The position numbers were made by a program, and so were the translations under genes. Under the pieces are notes generated by a model. It saw only the letters and a list, made by a program, of their open reading frames with translations. It did not search any database and was not told the origin of the DNA. A stretch of 45,149 bases of DNA, taken from positions 1 to 45,149 of the forward strand of contig NHEI02000036.1 of assembly GCA_002171575.2 (NCBI GenBank), given 5' to 3'. Shown piece by piece: positions 28,634-40,044 of this stretch; within the stretch, counting starts at the first letter, position 1; every line of letters begins with the position of its first letter. The stretch comes from Flavobacteriaceae bacterium TMED81 (GTDB lineage: Bacteria > Bacteroidota > Bacteroidia > Flavobacteriales > Flavobacteriaceae).

Positions 28634-28653
28634 TTTTGTGGTTAAAATCTGCT

Positions 28654-29034
28654 ATGCGTCAGTTTTGCCGTTTTATAATCATCTTGATTCTCTTTACTGC
28701 TTGTTATCAAACTGAGCGGAATTGTAAACCCTTTCAAACTGGTTCATTCAGCTTTTACACGGTTGTTGATGGCGACACCCTTTCCAGCCGTTTTGTACGC
28801 AACGACTCCATCGAAATCGATTATTTCTTCGCCACTCCCGACACTGCCAACATCAGATGGGTCAGTGATTGCGAGTGTATTGTCACCAAACGAAACCCTC
28901 TCACCTTTCAAGAAGCCAAAGCCGTTCAAATGAAAATCCTATCTACATTTGAAGATGGCTATATCTTTGAATATAACCTAGTCGGCGACCGCTCCAATGT
29001 CCAACGCGGACGTGTGACGAGGGAGTTGGAGTAG
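28654..29034 (+). CDS. hypothetical lipoprotein (126 aa)
   Basis: A signal peptide with a lipobox-like LFTAC is present. I recognised no domain. I prefer the ATG at 28654 over the TTG at 28636. Confidence 0.5.
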   Translation: MRQFCRFIIILILFTACYQTERNCKPFQTGSFSFYTVVDGDTLSSRFVRNDSIEIDYFFATPDTANIRWVSDCECIVTKRNPLTFQEAKAVQMKILSTFEDGYIFEYNLVGDRSNVQRGRVTRELE

Positions 29035-29036
29035 TG

Positions 29037-31628
29037 TTATAATTCCAAACTGATTTGGGAGTTGCCTTCCTCATCTTGGTCAACCGTTTCGGGGTCTTCC
29101 ACTTCAATATCGGCAGGAGTTTCTTCCACAGGCTTTTCATAGGGCAAAGCTTCCAACACATTAAATTGCTTTACCTTGTCTGTGGTGACTTGGTTGCCGA
29201 GTGCTTTAATGCCTTTCACGGAAATAAAATCTTCAAATACAAGTCGCTGAGGGGGCTTGGAGTCTTTCCCTCTGGGCTTGGTAAAATCAATCTCAAACAC
29301 AGGTCTGTGATCCGTACTGATCAACTCCAGATGGTTTTGCTTACCTTCTTTGATAAAACTCTCTTCCCGATCGGCAGATTCAATGAGAAAACGCTTGCCA
29401 AAATAACGCTCCTTCGCACTGTCAAAATAGATTGCGGATATCGGTTTGGTCGGCTCCCATTTTTCTAAAATCAGCATATCCTCTGGAAAATGCATATTGA
29501 GGTCTGGAATACTGGTTTTGATCAATCCGGACTGTGTGGCAATCAACAAACGGTCATCCCCACGAAATGCCCCGACCAAGTCTCCGCGTCCATCGACATT
29601 TAGACGGCCTACCGTTTCATCAAACCAGATATCACGAGGTTTTAGGGTAGAAACCCCTTCTTCCTTCAATTCAATACGTTTTACGGTGTATTTTGAAACC
29701 GTATTTCCACGAACCCCTCTTGATTTGATATCCAAATCAGCAAAATCGAGATCCCATTTCAGTTTTTTAATACTCCCCGACTGTCGCAGTAAGACCGTTA
29801 CAATCTCGGCTTCCCCATTCGGGTTGGCAGAAAAGTAAAAGACTTTGGACTGGGCTTTTCCATTGGTCAGATCATAGGATTTGTCTCGAGTTACTCCAGT
29901 TACTGGGAACCGCTTCATATAGGTTGTACCCCCTCGTCCATCTCTGTAAATCATATTGTAGATGGTGCGGTCGTCTTTCTTTTTAAATACAGCCACATGA
30001 ATGATATTTTTTCCGATAAAGGTTTTGGACTCAACCTTGGTTACGGTCATCTTCCCATCCTCGGTAAAGACAATGATATCGTCGATATCGGCACAGTCGG
30101 TTACGTATTCATCCCTGCGGAGTGAAGTCCCCACAAAGCCCTCTTCTCTGTTGACATAGAGCTTGGTATTGCGAATCACGACTTTTTTGGCATCTACATC
30201 GTCAAACACACGAATTTCGGTTTTGCGCTCACGCCCTTTTCCATAGGTTTTTTTGAGATGCGTGAAATAACTGATCGCAAAGTCTGTCAAATTGGCGAGG
30301 TCATGCTTGACTTGCGCCAAATCAGCTTCTAAGGCATCGATACGCTGTTGGGCTTTGTCTAGATCAAATTTGGAAATGCGTTTGATACGGATTTCGGTCA
30401 AGCGAACCACATCGTCGTCATTGACCTCTCGCTTCAAATGACCGATATGCGGAGCCAAGCCCATGTGAATGGCTTGAATCACACCCTCCCAAGTTTCTTG
30501 CTCTTCGATATCTCGATAAATACGCTTTTCGATAAAGATGCGTTCAAGAGATACAAAGTGCCACTGCTCTTCGAGTTCAGCTTTTTTGACAAGGAGTTCT
30601 TGTTCCAAAATCGAAACGGTATTGTCTGTCGATCGACGTAACATCTCACTCACTCCGATAAAGAGGGGTTTGTTGTCCTCGATGATACAGCCTAAGGGAG
30701 AAATGGAAGTTTCACAAGTGGTAAATGCAAAAAGGGCATCAATGGTTTTATCTGGTGAAATGTTGGGTGGCAGGTGAATCAGAATTTCAACCTCAGCAGC
30801 GGTATTGTCTTCAATACGCTTGATCTTAATCTTTCCTTTATCGTTGGCCTTTAAGATCGAATCGATAAGCGATGAGGTTGTTGAGCTAAATGGAATTTGA
30901 CGAATCACCAAGGTGTTTTTGTCCAGTTGAGAGACTTTGGCACGCACACGAATTTTACCCCCTCGCAAACCATCATTATACTGTCCCACGTCCATCACGC
31001 CACCTGTTGGGAAATCGGGATGCAATTCAAATCGCTTTCCTTTTAGGTGCTTAATCGACGCATCGATCAATTCGATAAAGTTGTGTGGTAAAATTTTAGT
31101 TGAAAGTCCAACGGCAATGCCTTCCCCACCTTGTGCAAGCAGCAATGGAAATTTTACCGGGAGATGAATCGGCTCCTTTTTTCGTCCATCATACGACAAT
31201 TGCCATTGTGTGACTTTAGGGCTATAAACAACTTCAAGGGCGAATTTGGACAAGCGTGCCTCGATATATCGAGAGGCAGCAGCACTATCGCCAGTGAGGA
31301 TGTTTCCCCAGTTTCCTTGGGTGTCAATCAACAAGTCTTTTTGCCCGATTTGTACCATGGCATCAGAGATACTCGCATCTCCGTGTGGGTGGTATTGCAT
31401 GGTATGTCCAACGATATTGGCCACTTTGTTATAGCGCCCATCGTCCAACTCCCGCATCGAATGTAAAATCCGCCTTTGCACGGGCTTGAGTCCATCCGCT
31501 ATGGCAGGTACAGCACGCTCCAATATCACATAGGAAGCATAGTCCAAGAACCAATCCTTGTACATGCCCGTTACCTTGACTAAGGTGTCTTGCGTTTCGT
31601 CGTGATGTTCGTCCAAGTGTTCGTCCAT
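29037..31628 (-). CDS. parC: DNA topoisomerase IV subunit A
   Basis: The 863-aa ORF carries the GyrA/ParC N-terminal signature (RA.P...DGLKPVQRR, and HPHGD near the catalytic Tyr region AASRYIE). It lies directly downstream of a ParE-like gene. Confidence 0.85.
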   Translation of the reverse strand: MDEHLDEHHDETQDTLVKVTGMYKDWFLDYASYVILERAVPAIADGLKPVQRRILHSMRELDDGRYNKVANIVGHTMQYHPHGDASISDAMVQIGQKDLLIDTQGNWGNILTGDSAAASRYIEARLSKFALEVVYSPKVTQWQLSYDGRKKEPIHLPVKFPLLLAQGGEGIAVGLSTKILPHNFIELIDASIKHLKGKRFELHPDFPTGGVMDVGQYNDGLRGGKIRVRAKVSQLDKNTLVIRQIPFSSTTSSLIDSILKANDKGKIKIKRIEDNTAAEVEILIHLPPNISPDKTIDALFAFTTCETSISPLGCIIEDNKPLFIGVSEMLRRSTDNTVSILEQELLVKKAELEEQWHFVSLERIFIEKRIYRDIEEQETWEGVIQAIHMGLAPHIGHLKREVNDDDVVRLTEIRIKRISKFDLDKAQQRIDALEADLAQVKHDLANLTDFAISYFTHLKKTYGKGRERKTEIRVFDDVDAKKVVIRNTKLYVNREEGFVGTSLRRDEYVTDCADIDDIIVFTEDGKMTVTKVESKTFIGKNIIHVAVFKKKDDRTIYNMIYRDGRGGTTYMKRFPVTGVTRDKSYDLTNGKAQSKVFYFSANPNGEAEIVTVLLRQSGSIKKLKWDLDFADLDIKSRGVRGNTVSKYTVKRIELKEEGVSTLKPRDIWFDETVGRLNVDGRGDLVGAFRGDDRLLIATQSGLIKTSIPDLNMHFPEDMLILEKWEPTKPISAIYFDSAKERYFGKRFLIESADREESFIKEGKQNHLELISTDHRPVFEIDFTKPRGKDSKPPQRLVFEDFISVKGIKALGNQVTTDKVKQFNVLEALPYEKPVEETPADIEVEDPETVDQDEEGNSQISLEL

Positions 31629-31629
31629 G

Positions 31630-33483
31630 CTACTCCTCGACTTGATCGAGTTCTACTTTGAGATTATCAATAATAAATTCTTGACGTTTGGGTGTGTTTT
31701 TACCCATATAGAAAGACAACAACTCGTCAATACCCACTGCCCTGTCCAGCATCACCGGATCGAGTCGAATGTCCTCTCCAATAAAGTATTTGAATTCGTC
31801 TGGCGAAATCTCTCCCAAGCCCTTAAAACGGGTGATCTCGGGTTTTTGACCAAGTTTTTCCATGGCGTTGACTCGCTCTTGTTCTGAATAACAGTAAATC
31901 GTTTCTTTTTTGTTGCGCACTCGAAACAATGGAGTTTGTAAGATATAGAGATGTCCTTCTTTAATCAGCTCAGGAAAGAATTGTAAAAAAAAGGTGATCA
32001 ACAGCAAGCGGATATGCATCCCATCGACGTCGGCATCGGTGGCGATTACGATATTGTTGTACCGCAAGTCCTCCATGCTTTCTTCGATATTGAGGGCAGC
32101 TTGTAAAAGGTTAAACTCCTCGTTTTCATATACGATTTTCTTGCTCATCCCATAGGAATTCAGAGGTTTCCCTCGTAAGCTAAAGACCGCCTGAGTGTTC
32201 ACATCTCTCGATTTGGTAATCGATCCACTCGCCGAGTCACCTTCCGTGATAAACAGAGTTGATTCCAATCGTCTCTCTTTTTTTAGATCCCCAAGATGCA
32301 CGCGACAGTCCCGTAACTTTTTGTTGTGCAAACTCGCTTTTTTAGCGCGTTCTCGTGCCAGCTTTCGAATGCCCGAAAGCTCTTTTCTTTCCTTTTCGGC
32401 TTGGAGGATTTTGCGTTGAAGTTGCTCAGCCGTTGCGGTATTTTTATGAAGATAATTATCGAGTTGCGTTCCGATAAAATCATTGATATAGGCACGAACC
32501 GATGGTAAATCCCCTCCCATTTCCGTAGAACCGAGTTTGGTTTTGGTCTGGGATTCAAAAACGGGCTCCATTACCTTGATGCTAATCGCTGAAATGATCG
32601 ACTTGCGAATGTCTGATGCGTCAAAGTTTTTGCCATAATGCTCCCGTACCGTTTTTACGATGGCCTCTCGAAAAGCAGACTGATGCGTTCCGCCTTGGGT
32701 GGTGTGTTGTCCATTGACAAAAGAGTGGTATTCTTCGCTGTACTGGGTTTTGCTGTGTGTAATGGCCACTTCGATATCATTTCCGCGCAAATGAATGATG
32801 GGATACAACATATCCTCCGCATTGTTATTGTCTTGCAACAAATCTTTCAGACCATTATCTGATTTGTATTTTTCGCCATTAAAGACAATGGTTAAACCAG
32901 GATTTAAGTACACATAATACTTGAGCATACGCACAATGTACTCATGGCGATAACGATAGTGCTTAAAGATGCTTTCATCAGGCACAAAAGAAACGGAAGT
33001 TCCTTTGCGTTTGCTGCTCGGCTCTTGTGCGGGGTCTTCGACGAGCTCTCCTCGCTCAAATACAGCAATTTTAGATTGGTCATCTCGCACAGACTCCACC
33101 TTAAAATGGGTTGACAAGGCATTGACGGCTTTTGTTCCTACGCCGTTGAGTCCAACAGATTTTTTAAAGGCACGGGTATCGTATTTCCCACCAGTATTCA
33201 TACGGGAAACCACATCGACCACTTTGCCCAAGGGAATACCACGGCCATAGTCACGTACAGTTACCTGTCCTTCTTTGACAGAAATTTCTATGGTTTTACC
33301 CGCACCCATGACAAACTCATCGATACTGTTGTCGAGTACTTCTTTGAGCAAAATATAAATCCCATCATCGGCAGAAGAACCATCCCCAAGCTTTCCGATA
33401 TACATCCCTGGACGCATGCGGATATGCTCTTTCCAATCGAGCGAACGGATATTGTCTTCTGTGTATTGCGTGGTTTGTGGCAT
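31630..33483 (-). CDS. parE: DNA topoisomerase IV subunit B
   Basis: The 617-aa ORF has GHKL ATPase motifs ([17 protein letters not shown]) and Toprim motifs ([17 protein letters not shown]). Confidence 0.88.
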   Translation of the reverse strand: MPQTTQYTEDNIRSLDWKEHIRMRPGMYIGKLGDGSSADDGIYILLKEVLDNSIDEFVMGAGKTIEISVKEGQVTVRDYGRGIPLGKVVDVVSRMNTGGKYDTRAFKKSVGLNGVGTKAVNALSTHFKVESVRDDQSKIAVFERGELVEDPAQEPSSKRKGTSVSFVPDESIFKHYRYRHEYIVRMLKYYVYLNPGLTIVFNGEKYKSDNGLKDLLQDNNNAEDMLYPIIHLRGNDIEVAITHSKTQYSEEYHSFVNGQHTTQGGTHQSAFREAIVKTVREHYGKNFDASDIRKSIISAISIKVMEPVFESQTKTKLGSTEMGGDLPSVRAYINDFIGTQLDNYLHKNTATAEQLQRKILQAEKERKELSGIRKLARERAKKASLHNKKLRDCRVHLGDLKKERRLESTLFITEGDSASGSITKSRDVNTQAVFSLRGKPLNSYGMSKKIVYENEEFNLLQAALNIEESMEDLRYNNIVIATDADVDGMHIRLLLITFFLQFFPELIKEGHLYILQTPLFRVRNKKETIYCYSEQERVNAMEKLGQKPEITRFKGLGEISPDEFKYFIGEDIRLDPVMLDRAVGIDELLSFYMGKNTPKRQEFIIDNLKVELDQVEE

Positions 33484-33640
33484 GGTGGCTAATTTAAAAC
33501 TTCATCTTTACATATATGAGCGCAACCAGCGAAAGAAATTAACAATATCAAAGGGGGTTTTGTTGAAAATCATTTCTTCAAAAAATGTTAAATTTTACGG
33601 CATTTAATGCCGATGATTAAAACTTTATTACATTTATAAA

Positions 33641-34108
33641 ATGAAACCCAATCTCCTACTTCCCGTCCTGTTATTTGTTGCACATTCGTTTGCCCAAACC
33701 ACAGAAGTGATTTCTTTAGACTATCCGCAACTCCAACCCCTGTTGCATCAAAACAGCGAAACCGTTCAGGTTGTCAACTTCTGGGCGACATGGTGCGCGC
33801 CTTGCATTAAGGAACTCCCCTATTTCGAGGAGCTCAACAAGCTAGAGGGTGTTGAAGTCTTACTGGTTAGCTTGGATTTTCCCAAGCACAAACAAAAACG
33901 ACTGATTCCCTTTGTCGAAAAACACAAACTCCAATCGAGAGTCGTTCACCTTTATGATGAAGACGAAAATTATTGGATCAATGAAATCAGTACCACTTGG
34001 AGTGGTGCTTTGCCCGCAACCTTGATCTATACCCAGAACCGACGCGGGTTTTATGAGCAGTCCTTTACCAAGGATGAATTGTTCAAAGAAGTCAAGTCTT
34101 ACTTTTAA
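33641..34108 (+). CDS. TlpA-like thiol-disulfide oxidoreductase (secreted)
   Basis: A signal peptide and the WATWCAPC active site are present. Confidence 0.8.
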   Translation: MKPNLLLPVLLFVAHSFAQTTEVISLDYPQLQPLLHQNSETVQVVNFWATWCAPCIKELPYFEELNKLEGVEVLLVSLDFPKHKQKRLIPFVEKHKLQSRVVHLYDEDENYWINEISTTWSGALPATLIYTQNRRGFYEQSFTKDELFKEVKSYF

Positions 34109-34120
34109 TTCAATAACATT

Positions 34121-34726
34121 ATGAAAATCATTTTATTCGCTTTTAGTTTATTATTCCTCTCAACACCGACTGACCTTGCAACCGGAGATGGTTACAAAAT
34201 TGGCGATGTTGCCACAGATTTTTCCTTACCCAATGTCGATGGCAAGATGGTGTCTTTGGCCGATTTTGAAGATGCCAAGGGCTTTATTGTCATTTTTACC
34301 TGCAATACCTGCCCCTATTCCGTGGCCTATGAGGATCGGATTATCGCTTTGGACAAGGCATATAAGTCAAAAGGGTACCCCGTGATAGCGATTAACCCCA
34401 ATGACCCAGCAGCCATAGACGGCGATGAACTGGTAGATATGAAAGTCCGTGCAACAGAAAAAGGTTTTACCTTTACCTATTTGCAAGATGTTGGGCAGCA
34501 AGTATATCCCCAATATGGCGCTACAAAAACTCCACATGTTTTTGTCTTACAAAAAGAAGGTGAGAACAATATCGTGCGCTATATCGGTGCGATCGATGAT
34601 AGCTCACGCAATACGAAAAAAGTCAAAAAACGCTATGTCGAACAAGCCGTTGATGCGCTCTTGACTGGGAAATCCCCAAGCATTACAACAACCAAGGCTA
34701 TCGGGTGTTCGATTAAAACGTTATAA
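34121..34726 (+). CDS. thioredoxin-fold (AhpC/TSA-like) protein, secreted
   Basis: A signal peptide is present, together with FTCNTCPYS (a CxxC motif) in a thioredoxin-fold context. Confidence 0.7.
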   Translation: MKIILFAFSLLFLSTPTDLATGDGYKIGDVATDFSLPNVDGKMVSLADFEDAKGFIVIFTCNTCPYSVAYEDRIIALDKAYKSKGYPVIAINPNDPAAIDGDELVDMKVRATEKGFTFTYLQDVGQQVYPQYGATKTPHVFVLQKEGENNIVRYIGAIDDSSRNTKKVKKRYVEQAVDALLTGKSPSITTTKAIGCSIKTL

Positions 34727-34728
34727 CA

Positions 34729-36259
34729 TTACCCCAACCAACCTTCTCGATCCAAACTCCGGTATTGAATGGCCTCAGCGATATGGTGGTTTTGGATCGC
34801 TTCTACTCGTTCTAAATCGGCAATCGTTCTGGCAACCTTTAGAATGCGGTCGTATGCCCTAGCCGATAGCTTGAGTTTTTCCATGGCTTGTTGAAGTAAG
34901 GCGAGAGATTGATCGGACAATTGACAGTGTTTCCGTAATGCTTTGGTGATCATCTGTGCATTGTGAAAGACTTTGGGATTTTCTCTAAATCGCAATCGTT
35001 GCACTTCTCTCGCATCGGTCAAACGCGCGCGAATTGTAGCACTTGATTCACTGGTTTCCTTTGTAGAGAGCTTGTCAAATGGTACGGGATTGACTTCGAT
35101 ATGCAAGTCGATTCTGTCTAGTAAAGGCCCAGAGATTTTACTCATATAGCGTTGCATTTCACTTTGGCTACTGCGAATAGCAGCCGTGTCATCGTTGAAA
35201 TAGCCCGAAGGACTTGGATTCATACTGGCAACCAGCATAAAAGAGGCAGGATAGCAAACGGTAAACTTAGCCCTCGAAATGGTGACTTCTCTGTCCTCTA
35301 GGGGTTGCCGCATCACCTCGAGTGCACTGCGTTTAAACTCGGGGAGCTCGTAGAGAAAGAGTACCCCATTGTGTGCAAGTGAAATTTCACCTGGCTGTGG
35401 ATAAGAACCCCCGCCAACCAAAGCAACATCCGAAATGGTATGGTGCGGAGACCGAAAGGGTCGTGCACGCAACAAGCCCTCATCTTTTACGCCACCGACT
35501 ACATAGTGAATTTTTTATGGTTTCTAGAGCTTCCTCGAGTTCCATGGGGGGCAATATCATTGGCAATCGCTTGGCGAGCATGGTTTTACCAGATCCAGGA
35601 GGTCCAATCAGAATGATATTATGTCCACCAGCTGCTGCAATTTCCATACATCGCTTGATGCTTTGCTGCCCTTTTACATCGGAAAAGTCCAAACCGTAAT
35701 GGTGTTGTGTGCGAAATGCATCTTGGATGTCGATGTGTTCGGCATCAAATGGAGTGCCCTCCAAAAAAGAAATGATCTCTTTGATATGGCTAAACCCATA
35801 AACATCTAATCCATCGACCACAGCGGCCTCTTTGGCGTTTTCGGCCGGCACAATCAGGGATTGAAATCCAGATGCTTTTGCTTGAACCGCAATCGGCAAC
35901 ACCCCTTTAATGGGCCGAAGATGCCCATCGAGAGTCAACTCCCCCATCATACAACAGCTTTCGAGTTGGGTTGGCTGAATTTGTCCATCCGCAGCTAGAA
36001 TCCCAATGGCAATGGGCAAGTCATAGGCAGACCCTTCTTTTCGCAAGTCAGCAGGGGCGAGATTCATTGTGATTCGTTTGCCGGGCAGTTTGTAATTGGT
36101 ATTGGTCAAGGCAGCGGCAATGCGGAAATTGCTCTCTTTTACCGCATTGTCAGGCAATCCCACCAGATGGCAGCCAATACCAGCGTCAATATGTACTTCA
36201 ATTGTGATGGGAACAGCATCAATGCCAAAAACGGCACTTGCAAAGACTTGGGTCAGCAT
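34729..36259 (-). pseudogene. comM: Mg-chelatase-like ATPase ComM/YifB, split by a +1 frameshift
   Basis: Two adjacent ORFs cover one family: the N-terminal Lon-like and AAA+ Walker A part (GPPGSGKTM), and the C-terminal part ([19 protein letters not shown] ... NPSPSGYF). Removing one A from the A6 run (plus-strand T6 at 35511-35516) restores ...[29 protein letters not shown]. Confidence 0.75.
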
Positions 36260-36335
36260 AAATAGCTTTTGGCTAAAGGTAAAAATTATTTGCACAAGCT
36301 CGTGTATTCTCCTCATCTATTATTTTCTTTGCAGT

Positions 36336-36815
36336 ATGAATCCAACTGACTTTAGAAATATTTGTGGGCATTATGCAACGGGAATAACGGTATTAACCAC
36401 CACACATAAGGGGGAAGCACATGGGATAACGGTCAACTCTTTTAGCTCTGTTTCTCTTGACCCACCCTTAGTTTTGTTTTGCATCGATAAGGGTGCACGT
36501 TTCAATACGCCCTTGAATGCAGAGCAATCACTGGCGATCAATATCTTATCTGAACATCAACGAGAGGTTTCAAATCGCTTTGCCAATTCCAAATTGACAA
36601 ATGAAGAGCGGTTTGAAGGTTTAGCTACGATACCAGAACACAAATACCCAGTTTTTGCTGATACCCTTGGAGTTTTGGAGGCAAGACTACATGCAACCCA
36701 TGACGGCGGAGATCACTGGATATATGTCGCAAAAGTTTCTTCGGGTCAGGTGTTTGACGGTTCCCCTCTTCTTTATTATGGCGGGTCTTACTCGAGAGTG
36801 AATCCCAACGCTTGA
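36336..36815 (+). CDS. flavin reductase-like (FMN-binding split-barrel) protein
   Basis: From the ATG at 36336 the ORF reads MNPTDFRNICGHYATGITVLTT...GITVNSFSSVSLDPPLVLFCI. The upstream 80 codons of the track ORF are antisense to comM and are not family-like. Confidence 0.85.
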   Translation: MNPTDFRNICGHYATGITVLTTTHKGEAHGITVNSFSSVSLDPPLVLFCIDKGARFNTPLNAEQSLAINILSEHQREVSNRFANSKLTNEERFEGLATIPEHKYPVFADTLGVLEARLHATHDGGDHWIYVAKVSSGQVFDGSPLLYYGGSYSRVNPNA

Positions 36816-38761
36816 CGAGGTACATTGGCTAAGCCATTTTGTAACCATTGCAAATAAGTCGGAATATCTGTGTATTGCTGTGGGGGAGCCAAGACAGTTC
36901 CATCGGGCATCATCAGAATATAATGTGGTTGGGCTACGGAGTTGAAATTAATCGCCTGAAAGGCAGCCCATTTCTGTCCGATGGTTTCGATATTTCGAAT
37001 TCGCCCCGAGGTGTATTCAAGCATAAATTGATCTTCCTTTGCCAGTGGCTCTCGGTCATCTACATATAATGAAATCAAAACCAGTTCCTCATTGATCAAC
37101 CGATAAATCTCGGGGTCGCTCCAAACGTTTTCTTCTACTTTCCGACAATTGACACATGCCCAACCAGTAAAGTCCAATAATATTGGCTTATTCGCTGCTT
37201 TAGCAACCGCTACGCCTTTGTCATAGTCTTTGTAGCAATCTAAGTTGAGGGGGCAATCAGAATCCTGTGAATAAATACTGTAAAAGGTCGGCGGTGGAAA
37301 GCCAGCCAAAAGTTTGAGTGAATTGGAAAATGAGCTTGGTAAGGTCCCCGGAACGAGATATACAACAAACGACAAACTCATAACCGCAAGTAGAATCCTG
37401 CCAGTTCCCAGTGTTGGTTTTTTCGTTTCATGAGGAAATCGAAACAAGCCAAATAGGTACGCAATCATCACAACAAAAATCAGGATCCATAGACCGATAA
37501 AAACCTCCCGTTTGAGGATACCCCAGTGCGCCACAAGATCAGCGTTGGACAGGAATTTGATCGCTAATGCGAGTTCGATAAAGCCCAACACTACTTTTAG
37601 GGTATTCATCCATCCGCCGGACTTGGGTAAGCTCTGCAACAGATTAGGAAAAAGCGCAAACAGTCCAAAGGGCAAGGCCAAGGCCAAGCCAAATCCAGTC
37701 ATCCCCATACTGAGTTGGGTTGCCCCTCCTGTGCTTGATAAAGAGCCCGCAAGTAGTGAGCCCAAAATCGGACCTGTACACGAAAAGGAAACGATGGCAA
37801 GGGTGAGCGCCATTAAAAAAATTCCGATGAAACCTCCTGCTTTATTTGACGCAAAATCGAGTCGGTTTGCCCACGACGAAGGAAGGGTTAGCTCATAATA
37901 CCCAAAAAATGAAAAGGCAAAAAACAGAAAAATCAAAAAGAAAAAAATGTTGAGCCAGATGTTGGTCGAAATGGTGTTGAGAATTTCAGGATTAATCGAG
38001 TCAAGAAAGTGAAAAGGCAGACTCAACAAGGCATAAATCAAGACAATAAAAAAGGCATAGAGTAAGGCATTGGTCAACCCTTGACTTTTGGTGCTACTCT
38101 GTTTGGTGAAAAATGAAACGGTCAGTGGAATCATCGGAAACACACAAGGGGTAAGCAAGGCGATCAATCCGCCAAAAAAACCGAGTAAAAAGATATTCCA
38201 AATGGAAGATGAATCGCTGTCTTGATCAGAGCTTGTCGCGAGAAGATCGGTGTTTTTCAGTTCAATTTTTAGCTTTTTCTCCGAGTTTGCAGTGAGCGCA
38301 GTTAGGTCTTCTGATTGTTGCTGTTGCGAATCGCCAGTAAGAGATATCAACAACTGCTCATCTCTAAAAATACAGAGTTTATCATCACATGCTTGGTAGA
38401 TTAAATCTACTGTAATGTTTTGAACAGACTGGTCAGCCACTTGTATGGTTTGATAAAAGGTCGCTTTGTTGTCAAAATAAGATAGTTCCATTTCAAAAAT
38501 GGGGTCATAACCCGTGATCAATTCTGAATGCGTTAATGAACCAATTGGGATTACATCTTGAAAACTGAATTCGGTTGGGAGCGGGCCATCTTCTGGTATT
38601 TCTGTGGCATACAAATGCCATTTCTCTTCAATGGTAGCGGTAATGACCACATCATAGGTGAGGGAATCGATTTCTTTTGCTTGGGTTGTCCAAGTCACAG
38701 GGTTCTGTGCCAAGACCAAACTGGCAAAAAGAAGGTTGAGGATAAGGGGAATATTTCTCAT
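36788..38761 (-). CDS. dsbD: DsbD-family thiol:disulfide interchange protein
   Basis: The 657-aa ORF has a signal peptide, an N-terminal periplasmic domain, a polytopic core (TPCVFPMIP, SCTGP) and a C-terminal thioredoxin domain (WACVNC). Confidence 0.85.
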   Translation of the reverse strand: MRNIPLILNLLFASLVLAQNPVTWTTQAKEIDSLTYDVVITATIEEKWHLYATEIPEDGPLPTEFSFQDVIPIGSLTHSELITGYDPIFEMELSYFDNKATFYQTIQVADQSVQNITVDLIYQACDDKLCIFRDEQLLISLTGDSQQQQSEDLTALTANSEKKLKIELKNTDLLATSSDQDSDSSSIWNIFLLGFFGGLIALLTPCVFPMIPLTVSFFTKQSSTKSQGLTNALLYAFFIVLIYALLSLPFHFLDSINPEILNTISTNIWLNIFFFLIFLFFAFSFFGYYELTLPSSWANRLDFASNKAGGFIGIFLMALTLAIVSFSCTGPILGSLLAGSLSSTGGATQLSMGMTGFGLALALPFGLFALFPNLLQSLPKSGGWMNTLKVVLGFIELALAIKFLSNADLVAHWGILKREVFIGLWILIFVVMIAYLFGLFRFPHETKKPTLGTGRILLAVMSLSFVVYLVPGTLPSSFSNSLKLLAGFPPPTFYSIYSQDSDCPLNLDCYKDYDKGVAVAKAANKPILLDFTGWACVNCRKVEENVWSDPEIYRLINEELVLISLYVDDREPLAKEDQFMLEYTSGRIRNIETIGQKWAAFQAINFNSVAQPHYILMMPDGTVLAPPQQYTDIPTYLQWLQNGLANVPRQALGFTLE

Positions 38762-40035
38762 TTGAGGTTGATGTTTAAAAAATCAATAGTTGTTTCTGTT
38801 GGTACAAATCTACGATCTGCACGCTTACCGACAATCCAAACGATATCATTTCCTGAGCACAACAACCATTGTGCCGCTTTTTCGGTTGCGGTATATTTTT
38901 CGTCTTTAAAATATTTAGAAACTTTTTTTGACCCTGACATGCCAGTCGGACAGAAGTGATCTCCCCTATTCCATTTGCGTAGCTTCATGGGGAAGGATAT
39001 GGCTGTCGCGTCAAGAGTCAAACTGCTTTGCTCGTGCTGTTGATCTCTCGAAAACAGAAGTTCTATTGGCTCATGAATGCCATATTCATAAACCTCAAAT
39101 TCCATCTCTTTCTTTTGTTCTATGGATTTGTAAAGCAAGAGCTCATTTCGGCCAACTTCAAGCGTGTGATCTGTCGAATGGATACACTTTCCTTTTTGTG
39201 CGCTCAACAATTTGATCACTTCTCGATGGTCAAAGCCATAGGGGGTAAACAGTTGATGAATCCAGAATGAAAAGGGCTGAAGTGCTTTAACCGATGAGAT
39301 AGAAATCCGAATGGTCTCCTTTTCCTTCAAAAAAAGTTGCTTTTTCAACTGTTCGTTTTGTTGCTGAATCACCTTGGCAGCTTCCTTTGTAAAATCTATG
39401 GTTTTGGTGGTGTTTTCCAAAGCTTTAGGGTTCAATTTGACCAACTCTGGGATCACATGATGACGGATTGCATTGCGTTGATATTCGCCACTTTGATTGG
39501 ACCGATCTTCTCGCCAAGGAATATGATGCGCTTGGGCATATGCGATAATTTCAGATTTGTAAAATGGCAAAAGGGGTCTTAAAATCCTTCCATTTTGCTC
39601 CGGAATGCCAGCTAAACCTTCGATGCCAGTGCCTCGAACGATGTTCATCAATAGGGTTTCGATATTGTCATCTGCGTGATGAGCGGTCAATATCACATTA
39701 TAGTTGTTGGACAGGCAAAGTTCCTCAAACCAATTGTAGCGCAGTGTTCGAGCTGCCATTTGCGTGGACTGTTTTGGCAGTTTGGTGTCAAATCGTTTGA
39801 TATGGCAAGTCAGTTGATGTCTTTTGCAATAAGACTCGACGAGTTGCTCGTCTTGCGCACTGTCTTGTCCACGAAGTTGAAAGTTGCAGTGTGCAACCGC
39901 CACCGCATTAGAAAATTCACGGAGCAAATCCACTAAGACCATACTATCAACTCCCCCACTGACAGCCACCAAAACTCGTTGTGAGCTGAGCTCAGGAAAG
40001 CGAGAATGAAGATGCGTCTGAAATCTGGATTTCAT
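38758..40035 (-). CDS. tilS: tRNA(Ile)-lysidine synthetase
   Basis: A PP-loop (VAVSGGVDS) is present, TAHHADD follows it, and there is a C-terminal TilS domain. Confidence 0.9.
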   Translation of the reverse strand: MKSRFQTHLHSRFPELSSQRVLVAVSGGVDSMVLVDLLREFSNAVAVAHCNFQLRGQDSAQDEQLVESYCKRHQLTCHIKRFDTKLPKQSTQMAARTLRYNWFEELCLSNNYNVILTAHHADDNIETLLMNIVRGTGIEGLAGIPEQNGRILRPLLPFYKSEIIAYAQAHHIPWREDRSNQSGEYQRNAIRHHVIPELVKLNPKALENTTKTIDFTKEAAKVIQQQNEQLKKQLFLKEKETIRISISSVKALQPFSFWIHQLFTPYGFDHREVIKLLSAQKGKCIHSTDHTLEVGRNELLLYKSIEQKKEMEFEVYEYGIHEPIELLFSRDQQHEQSSLTLDATAISFPMKLRKWNRGDHFCPTGMSGSKKVSKYFKDEKYTATEKAAQWLLCSGNDIVWIVGKRADRRFVPTETTIDFLNINLK

Positions 40036-40044
40036 GGCTGCAAA

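Noticed and set aside
28329-28715. A 128-aa alternative-frame ORF spanning the junction between the XRE gene and the lipoprotein gene.
   Set aside because: It overlaps two better-supported ORFs in another frame. Its translation is Pro/Leu/Ser-rich with no motif.
36096-36335. An 80-codon N-terminal extension of the flavin reductase ORF.
   Set aside because: It is antisense to the comM N-terminus. The flavin-reductase similarity begins only at the ATG at 36336.
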